Virus genome (UHGV): UHGV-0197549
Strand: one strand, 5' to 3'
DNA: 64,000 nt
DNA from: a virus
Part shown: in pieces, positions 57,463 through 64,000 of the stretch
How positions within the stretch are numbered: the stretch's first letter is position 1
Layout of the letters: every line of letters begins with the position of its first letter
Translations under genes and position numbers: made by a program
Notes under the pieces: model-generated
What the model was told of the DNA's origin: nothing
What the model saw: only the letters and a program-made list of their open reading frames with translations
Database searches by the model: none

Positions 57463-58926
57463 TTAAGATTTCCCATACTTTCTAAAAGCCGAAACCACTT
57501 GAAATATTCCATAAGCTATTGCCACTTTACCTAATAAAAAAAAGACTGTCCCTAATATAAGACTAAGATTTGAACTATTCATTTGATAAAGTTCGGCTAA
57601 CTCATTTAATCCATCTGGCAACCACAAGTATTGTATAGCAGTGTTCCAGTAATTACTGTCAAATAAAAGCCATATACAATTCTCTTGGAATGGAAATGCA
57701 ATTCCTTCCTTAGACATAATAAAAACGGAATAGCATAAATGCCAAACAATAACAGTAAATAAAACACCTGTTATCCAACTTAGTCCAAAATTATTTGAAA
57801 GCCTGTTCAAATTAAGCAAGATCAGATCACTACATGTCTTTTCCCCTAGTTTTAAAGACTTTCTATATGCATTCATCTCATTAGATTTAAAGATTAGTGC
57901 GTGAGGGCGATTCATGTTTTCTTCCATACAACATTTCAATTGCCTAAAAATTTCTTTCTGTTTTCTCCAATAATTAACGTTCTTTGGAGTTTCTTGGATA
58001 TTTAACTTTTTTGCATCAAACCAGTGAACATTGATTATGGTTAGATTTATCAGGACACTAGCCTCTATCTTTATGTTATTAAAAGAATTAAGATCACAGT
58101 TTAGGAAAGACGTGTTCCCGAGATTTGAGTTCCATATTTTTAATTCGCTATTTAATGTTTGATTAGAATGAAGCGACTGAAAAATCACAGTAGCTTCATT
58201 AATAAAAGTGTCAAATGTGAGCTTACAAGTATCAATGTTATTGAATTGAATATTAGCACTATAATTAAATCCTTCTAATGATATCTTATCTGATACCGAC
58301 ATTCCTTCAAAAGAAATATCACCAACAAGGCTTTTAGCCGTTATTATTTTTATTGTATCAAGAAGTTGTTTTTCTTCTTTATCCCCGCCATTAAATCTTA
58401 CCTTATCACAAAATTCTGATTTTTCAATAAATATTTGTTTAGCACCTCCTTTTACCTCAGCTTGTCCGTTATCACATTCGTTAATTGTTACTTTTTGTTT
58501 AAAAATGCCTCCTATAATACTTAAATTTTGACATTTTATAGCAGTTATAATAAACTCGTCATCATATCTACCATTGTTAAAAGTGATGCTTCCAGACAAT
58601 GTACCCCTCCATAAATAAACATCCTTTGCAAATATTGTATTAATGAACGTATAGTTAGCAGCATCCACTGATTCTAATCGAACTTTTCCCAATATGCTAG
58701 AATCAAGAAAATCAAGTCCAATAGACTGTATTTTAGTATTACTTATCAAAAGACTATTATTAATTTGTGATCTATCAATAATAAATCCATTATAGAAGCA
58801 TAATAAATATTCAATATAAATATCATCAACATTGGTTTCTTCTAACATTATTCCTCTTTTAAAAAATGTTGGATATACTTTGGATCCATTAGAAGTGCCT
58901 CTTATATCTATTTTTTTATGAGACAT
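57463..58926 (-). CDS. pentapeptide-repeat-like beta-helix protein with C-terminal 2-TM domain
   Basis: 487 aa; ~30% GC; hydrophobic residue every 5th position over ~300 aa (e.g. SNLGNTSFLNCDLNSFNNIKIEASVLINLTI); C-terminal TM helices WITGVLFTVIVWHLCYSVFIM and LSLILGTVFFLLGKVAIAYGIFQVV. Confidence 0.5.
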   Translation of the reverse strand: MSHKKIDIRGTSNGSKVYPTFFKRGIMLEETNVDDIYIEYLLCFYNGFIIDRSQINNSLLISNTKIQSIGLDFLDSSILGKVRLESVDAANYTFINTIFAKDVYLWRGTLSGSITFNNGRYDDEFIITAIKCQNLSIIGGIFKQKVTINECDNGQAEVKGGAKQIFIEKSEFCDKVRFNGGDKEEKQLLDTIKIITAKSLVGDISFEGMSVSDKISLEGFNYSANIQFNNIDTCKLTFDTFINEATVIFQSLHSNQTLNSELKIWNSNLGNTSFLNCDLNSFNNIKIEASVLINLTIINVHWFDAKKLNIQETPKNVNYWRKQKEIFRQLKCCMEENMNRPHALIFKSNEMNAYRKSLKLGEKTCSDLILLNLNRLSNNFGLSWITGVLFTVIVWHLCYSVFIMSKEGIAFPFQENCIWLLFDSNYWNTAIQYLWLPDGLNELAELYQMNSSNLSLILGTVFFLLGKVAIAYGIFQVVSAFRKYGKS

Positions 58927-59210
58927 TTTTTAAAGACAATTGAATTAGCTGGATTAAACTTAAGGAACTCTTCTGTGTCTTCTTTGATTTTGCAGTTATA
59001 AAAACAAACTTCTTTTTCAAAGGTGCAATTTTCAAAATAAACCCAACTACCAAGGGTCAAATTTGCGAATATTACAGAGCTACAAAAACGACAGCCTTTA
59101 AAAGTGAAACTATGATATTCATTATCCTCAAACTGAACAGTAGTAGTGTATGTCTGATTTTCTTTTTGATATTTATTCATGTTATTCGTATTTTTCTGTG
59201 ATATGTTCAA
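58908..59210 (-). CDS. small pentapeptide-repeat-like protein (possibly N-terminal fragment of downstream gene)
   Basis: 100 aa; FKGCRFCSSVIFANLTLGSWVYFENCTFEKEVCFYNCKI 5-residue periodicity; overlaps downstream ORF start by 19 nt in another frame. Confidence 0.4.
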   Translation of the reverse strand: MNISQKNTNNMNKYQKENQTYTTTVQFEDNEYHSFTFKGCRFCSSVIFANLTLGSWVYFENCTFEKEVCFYNCKIKEDTEEFLKFNPANSIVFKKCLIKK

Positions 59211-59260
59211 AGTTAACTAGTAATATCTGCAAAGATACAGTATTTAAAATGTCTGTCTAA

Positions 59261-60082
59261 TTAATTATACATGATGTTTTCACTTCTACTTTTGTAAAGG
59301 TGGGGTGTTGGGGGAACTTTTCCAATAGTATCAATTAAATTAGTTTTTTGTATATTAGTGTATTCCTGTAGTAAAACTTTAATTTCTTCCAACTCTTTAT
59401 TTTGCTTTTTAATATATTCATCTGATGTGTTGTTATTGGGAAAAACCGTAAAGATGTATATCAATAGCCCACTTAGTCCAACAGTAAGCACCCATTTGAA
59501 TACTTCTTGACTAAAACTGTATAATTTAGATTTTTGATAATCACTGCCAACTGAATAACTCTTAAAATTTCGAAGTTTCCAGCATCTATATTTATCAAAT
59601 AGTGAAGGAGAACCATCAATTGAAGTACATTCCATATATGAATTTAAGTAATTCCATTGTTTTTTGAGAAATGATATATCATTAAGTTTCTTAGGATGAA
59701 TGTAATCTTCTACAAATATGGCAGATTCAATAGATTTAGTATATGGAGTACTGGAAGGATGTAATATTATAGCAACATATCCGTGATCGTTAAGATGGAA
59801 TGCTAAAGTAGCTCCATTTTCAACCAAAAACTCCTTATTTGTTTTTAAATCTTTAGTTATTGTTATTTTTTCATCATAAGAGCTGGCCCCATAGAATACT
59901 TCAGCAATTCTGTTATTAACAGCCCCATTTCTTCCCTTAGGGCAAACGCAAAGCATATATATATCATCTAATTTATTATATTTTTGATCATCTGCCTTAA
60001 ATTTCTTAAATACAGCTTCAATTTTTGACGTTTGAAACTCTTGAAATAACCTCACTCGATCTAACCTAGTGTCTTTTGTCAT
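59261..60082 (-). CDS. hypothetical membrane-anchored protein (one TM + C-terminal coiled coil)
   Basis: 273 aa; ~30% GC; TM WVLTVGLSGLLIYIFTVF; first gene of minus-strand island after AT-rich divergent promoter region. Confidence 0.5.
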   Translation of the reverse strand: MTKDTRLDRVRLFQEFQTSKIEAVFKKFKADDQKYNKLDDIYMLCVCPKGRNGAVNNRIAEVFYGASSYDEKITITKDLKTNKEFLVENGATLAFHLNDHGYVAIILHPSSTPYTKSIESAIFVEDYIHPKKLNDISFLKKQWNYLNSYMECTSIDGSPSLFDKYRCWKLRNFKSYSVGSDYQKSKLYSFSQEVFKWVLTVGLSGLLIYIFTVFPNNNTSDEYIKKQNKELEEIKVLLQEYTNIQKTNLIDTIGKVPPTPHLYKSRSENIMYN

Positions 60083-60251
60083 AATAATATGGATTTATGT
60101 TTTTTGTTGATTAATGCCATAAAGATAATAAACATAAAAATAACTACATATTATTTCATATATTTATTTATAAAGCATTTTATAATTGTTTGTTCCCTCT
60201 TTTATAGTGTATTCCCCTATACTTTCCTATATAACCTAAATCATGTAAATA

Positions 60252-60695
60252 ATGAAACTCACACTAAAACGAAAGTTCGTCGGTGACAAATACACCGTTG
60301 GAGATTTATTCATTGACGGTAAGTTCTTCTGCAACGCAATTGAGGATACAGTAAGAAAACTTCCGGTTATTTGTCCTTATACCTCCAAAGGACAATCCTG
60401 TAAATGCAAAGAGAAAATCTATGCGCAGACTGCCATTTCAGCTGGAACGTATAAAGTAACCATGGAATACAGTCCACGATTCAAACGCAAGTTGCCACTC
60501 CTACATAATGTACCTCACTTCATTGGGATTCTCATTCATAGCGGTACCACGGAAATAGATTCAGCCGGCTGTTTAATTGTTGGGAATAACACCATCAAAG
60601 GCAAGGTAACTGAATCACGTGCCACCTCCGACAAGTTGAACGCCATTCTATCCAAAGAAAAACACATCACAATCGAAATAATCAATGGCAAGTAA
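60252..60695 (+). CDS. hypothetical protein (HSG...SAGC motif reminiscent of L,D-transpeptidase/YkuD-fold active site; tentative)
   Basis: 147 aa; IGILIHSGTTEIDSAGCLIVGNN; overlaps terL exon 1 start by 11 nt. Confidence 0.4.
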   Translation: MKLTLKRKFVGDKYTVGDLFIDGKFFCNAIEDTVRKLPVICPYTSKGQSCKCKEKIYAQTAISAGTYKVTMEYSPRFKRKLPLLHNVPHFIGILIHSGTTEIDSAGCLIVGNNTIKGKVTESRATSDKLNAILSKEKHITIEIINGK

Positions 60696-62539
60696 AAAGT
60701 TGGTCCCACCTAAGAACCTTCACATCGACTTCAAGCCTTCACCTAAACAGTATGAACTCTGGAAACTACTCCAGCCTGAATGCCCGTTATGTGGAGGTGA
60801 AATCGAACAGAAGCTGATAGGCTACGACACCAATCACAACCCCAAGTATAAGCCGCACTGCATCAAGTGTGGCAATTCCAATATACCGCAACTCATTCTG
60901 GGTGGCGGTGCCGCTGGTAAACGATTCCTCTGCCAGCCTATGCAGTAATGCATAGAAAACAATCTCTTTAATTGCTGGAAACTCTGACCGCATAATGGCG
61001 AAGACAATCAGCAGCCAAGCCGGTTCAGCCGGAAGGTTCAACGGCTATCCGAAAGGAGTACGGTCAAGCGACCGGAAATGGGAGACTCCTTAGTCAGCTA
61101 AGGATGAAGATATAGTCTCATCTGCATGGAAACATGCAGCAGCGAAAGCGGTCACACCGTAGCGAAGTGTGGCGAAGAAATACCAAATGGGTGGAAAATC
61201 GTATTTGGCAAGTGTTTGGCTTGTGAGTAGTTGTATTAGATTTCCGGATGTGCGTGCAATAGTGGCGAGAAAGACGTTGAAATCTTTAAAGGAAAGTACC
61301 TGGAATACAATCCGTATGATTATTAAGGGCTGGGGGCTCGTTGAAGATGTGAACTATCATATTAACAGCGTAGCCGGAACTCTTCGGTTTTGGAATGATT
61401 CAGTAATTCTGATGCTTGATTTAGCCGATTTACCCTCGGACCCAAATTTCGAGCGTTTTGGTTCAATGGAAGCAACGATTGCGGCATGTGATGAGGTTTC
61501 GGAAGTTAGTCAGAAAGCAATTGAAGTATTGTTTTCTCGTTTACGATGGAAGACACACGAGACATTCAAAGTTTCTAAAATGCTCCTTACAACCAATCCG
61601 ACAACCAACTGGGTAAGAACCCGATTCGTACAAGACGAAAACGGAGACAAGACAGTTACACGTGAAGGTGAGTTTTATGTTCCCTTCAGTGTATTCGACA
61701 ATCCCGACATCGCCTTCCGCCAAACCTACGAAGCCGCTCTAAACAAGATCAGCGACCAGGCAACGAAAGAGCGACTACTTTACGGTAACTGGGACTTTGT
61801 AGAGGCAAACGACATGGCGCTCTACAATCAGTTCGACGGGACCAGGCATTTGATTACCGGACTGAAAGAAAAGGTATATGACCCAACTAAGCCGCTGATC
61901 GTTGTGTGGGACTTCAACGTTGCACCTTATATGTCTACCCTGTTAGTTCAGATTGACTACGACAAGAAGAAGGTATATATTATCGAAGAGATACTGGGAA
62001 AGGCAGAGGATAAAGAGAATAACACACCATCACTCGCCCGAAAAATCAAAAAGAAGATGTACCGTCAAAAACACATCGGAGGCTTGGATATAACAGGCGA
62101 CCCAGCCGGACTCCAACGTTCAACCACCAACGAAGACGGCGTGAATAACTATACGATAATAAATGAGACGTTGGGCAAAGGGATACTGCGCCCAAAAATC
62201 AAACTCCTGAAGAAGCAACCGCCACAGGCACCACGTTGTGAGTTTGTGAATGAAGTTTTCAAAGGTTACAACGGTTGGGAAATAATGATTGACCTGCGTT
62301 GCCGGAAACTTACACAGGACTTAATCTATCAGCTAAAGAACGAGGACGGAAGCAAAGGAAAGCCTAAAGTAACGGACTCTAAAACCGGAGTGAAGTACGA
62401 AAAGTACGGTCACTTGTCAGATTGCCTTGATTATTTGCTTTGCTATTATCTTAGAGATGCGTGGTATAAGTTCAAGAGCGGTGACGATAGCGGCAGCATC
62501 CTTTCTACAGCTACCATTTCAGAAGGATTTAACTACTAA
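60685..62539 (+). CDS. terL: terminase large subunit, interrupted by group I intron (exon 1 60685..60918, exon 2 61190..62539)
   Basis: exon 1 ends in P-loop LILGGGAAG(K); exon 2 (LLTTNPTTNWVRTRF; VVWDFNVAPYMSTLLVQIDYD...YIIEEI nuclease-like) lacks a P-loop; splice predicted to give GAAGGGKS. Confidence 0.65.
60919..61189 (+). ncRNA. group I self-splicing intron (no internal ORF), boundaries +/- a few nt
   Basis: IGS GCCAGC (60933-60938) pairs with exon end GCUGGU (U.G at splice site); GCAGCCAAGCC (cf. Tetrahymena GCAGCCAAGUCC); P7 halves GGCUAU/AUAGUC within ACGGCUAUCC...GAUGAAGAUAUAGUCUCAUC (AAGAUAUAGUC also in Tetrahymena and T4 td introns); terminal G at 61189. Confidence 0.6.
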
Positions 62540-62549
62540 AACTATTAAT

Positions 62550-63569
62550 ATGTACAGACGATTTCTTAATGATTCCGATTACTTGAGCCTTCTCACACCG
62601 GAAGCTCTTTCCCAGATTACCCGCAACGATACCGGACGCTTTATCCAGGCGGAAGAGGCGGCTGAAATGAGCATCGTGGAATATCTAAGCGAAAATTACG
62701 AAGTAGTACAGGAACTGAACCGGGGAAAGTATATTGCGGAGTATGACAGACGCATCACTTTTCCGGTCGGGGCGCATATCTATCTGGAGAATAGAATATA
62801 TGAAGTAACCCAATCAATCAGCGGTTATAAAGTGCCTTCATTGGTCGAATACTGGGAAGAACATCTGGACACGAACTTGGATATGGAAACGATAAACAAC
62901 TACTCCCAGTTCGGAACCTACTACAAAGGGAATATTGTGAAGTACAACGACATCCTGTATATGTGTCTTCAGGATAACGGGTATAAATTCGATAACATCA
63001 GAATCCCTCTCGTAAATGGCTGGCTGGAAGCGCACTATTTCGATTGGGAGCCGGTAGAATATAACCTTTGGGATGTGGTCCGTTATGAAGGCGGATTCTA
63101 TACCTTGATGAGCCTTGACAGCTTCGACAATAATATCACGCCGTTGAAAAGTGAGAACTGGGGAGCGATAGCCGATTATGATTCCAACTATAATCAGTAT
63201 GAGTTAAACGGGCACGAATATGTGGTTTATGAAGGTAAGGTGTTCTATCCGGAACTCGATGTGAACTCGGATATTCCGGAAGTCGGAAAGAACCTGTCGT
63301 TACATGATCCGCGTAACTACAACCTGAAAAAGCACATGCTCAGGTTAGCGGTGTATGAACTTACAAAACTGATTGCTCCTAATAACGTGAGTGTTGTCCG
63401 GTTGCGTGACTATGAGGATTCTATGAAATGGCTGAATGACGCTTCAAAGCTACGCCTCAATCCACAGTTTCCTCGGAGACTGGCAGAAGATAAGAAGCCG
63501 GTAATGGATTGGCAGCTTGCCACTTTCCAGACAAGTTATGACCCGTATAAGAATCCGTGGCTTACCTGA
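62550..63569 (+). CDS. hypothetical protein
   Basis: ~339 aa from ATG 62550 (MYRRFLNDSDYLSLLTPE...); follows terL. Confidence 0.4.
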   Translation: MYRRFLNDSDYLSLLTPEALSQITRNDTGRFIQAEEAAEMSIVEYLSENYEVVQELNRGKYIAEYDRRITFPVGAHIYLENRIYEVTQSISGYKVPSLVEYWEEHLDTNLDMETINNYSQFGTYYKGNIVKYNDILYMCLQDNGYKFDNIRIPLVNGWLEAHYFDWEPVEYNLWDVVRYEGGFYTLMSLDSFDNNITPLKSENWGAIADYDSNYNQYELNGHEYVVYEGKVFYPELDVNSDIPEVGKNLSLHDPRNYNLKKHMLRLAVYELTKLIAPNNVSVVRLRDYEDSMKWLNDASKLRLNPQFPRRLAEDKKPVMDWQLATFQTSYDPYKNPWLT

Positions 63570-63782
63570 TATAAAACAAAGGCGGCACCTCGATTCACAT
63601 CGCAGCACCGTCACAACACAAACACAAAATAAAACACGACAAAACTACTATTTAATCGTTCTGCAATGTCAGGGAGACATTAGAACTAACTGTTGCGGCT
63701 ATTCACATAGGCACAAAGCCCTAAGAACGATTATTATAGTAAACAAATATTTTTGTTTCTTGTTCACAAAGGTAAACAAAAA

Positions 63783-63814
63783 AGTCGCTCTACCGAAAGA
63801 TAGGGCGACTTTTC
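63783..63814. terminator. bidirectional rho-independent terminator
   Basis: AGTCGCTCTA-CCGAAAG-ATAGGGCGACT 10-bp stem (one G.U) flanked by AAAA upstream and TTTT downstream. Confidence 0.55.
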
Positions 63815-63839
63815 AATTTAATTTTGTTCAGTTCACTGG

Positions 63840-64000
63840 TTATTGCTTGGAAGCTTCCAGAGAGGCTTTACGAAATTCTTTCATCATCTTTTCGATTTCC
63901 AGTGATGCTTTGCGAGCACGGGTACCGGCTGCCTTATTATTTTTTTCTATCTGAAGATTTGCATCTTCAATAAATGCTGTGAATGATTCATTCACTTTTT
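63840..64000 (-). CDS. partial gene (C-terminal end) of a Lys/Ala-rich histone-H1-like nucleoid protein
   Basis: minus-strand translation ...KVNESFTAFIEDANLQIEKNNKAAGTRARKASLEIEKMMKEFRKASLEASKQ*; Lys/Ala-rich C-terminus resembling Bacteroidales histone-H1-like proteins; continues beyond window end. Confidence 0.4.
   Translation of the reverse strand, partial: KVNESFTAFIEDANLQIEKNNKAAGTRARKASLEIEKMMKEFRKASLEASKQ

Noticed and set aside
60089-60286. 65-aa plus-strand ORF in the AT-rich gap upstream of 60252
   Set aside because: Lies in a ~30% GC promoter-like intergenic region; Ile/Phe/Tyr/Asn-rich product typical of random AT-rich ORFs; overlaps the better-supported 60252 gene start.
61169-61189. 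ATG at 61187 as the start of an independent terminase-like ORF (as in the ORF track)
   Set aside because: The upstream 18 nt and the ATG fall inside the predicted group I intron. The downstream product lacks a P-loop, which is supplied by exon 1, so the ATG is more likely the intron's 3' terminus (..AUG|) than a start codon.
63570-63780. tRNA or attachment site in the terminal non-coding stretch
   Set aside because: No cloverleaf-compatible sequence (no GTTCRANNC T-loop with matching acceptor stem) and no repeat of this sequence elsewhere in the window that I could see.
1-64000. CRISPR array or rRNA/tRNA genes
   Set aside because: No short direct repeats with regular spacers and no structured-RNA signatures were seen in any non-coding gap. 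The only structured RNA candidate is the group I intron.

Overview
The window reads as most of a large tailed dsDNA phage or prophage genome from a Bacteroidales-type host. No Shine-Dalgarno sequences are visible, the backbone is roughly 50-55% GC, and there are sharply AT-rich islands of about 30% GC. Gene content, left to right: (1) 1..3633, a minus-strand cluster of early genes, including a KilA-N protein and a Bro-N/KilA-N/KilAC antirepressor. (2) 3898..11949, a plus-strand head and tail module: DUF935/Mu gp29-like portal, Mu-F-like head morphogenesis protein, ClpP-type prohead protease fused to a coiled-coil scaffold, major capsid, and putative sheath and tube. (3) 11964..14573, a minus-strand insertion carrying a near-canonical umuD-umuC operon plus an AT-rich membrane protein. 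(4) 14828..39325, a tail assembly chaperone with a textbook -1 G/GT frameshift, a 1275-aa tape measure, about 10 baseplate and tail genes, a 1655-aa fibre with three dispersed internal repeat modules, and an 850-aa fibre. (5) 40182..53763, a replication and recombination module: gp32-like SSB, SbcD/SbcC, RuvC-like resolvase, ECF-type sigma factor, DnaB-like helicase, primase, a DnaE polymerase split over two frames, and a DnaQ-like exonuclease. (6) 54089..57416, TerS-like protein, lysis cassette with a GH24 lysozyme, and an AntA antirepressor. (7) 57463..60082, an AT-rich minus-strand island of pentapeptide-repeat/2-TM proteins. (8) 60685..62539, a terminase large subunit interrupted by a compact ~271-nt group I intron. 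The likely partial Bacteroidales histone-H1-like gene at the right edge sits behind a bidirectional terminator. The points most worth follow-up are the terL intron, the AT-rich PRP-2TM island, the umuDC-plus-membrane-protein insertion in the tail module, the split dnaE, and a recurrent AACCTTAAACC-type motif in front of many late genes. All calls are made by eye from motifs; no database search was possible.
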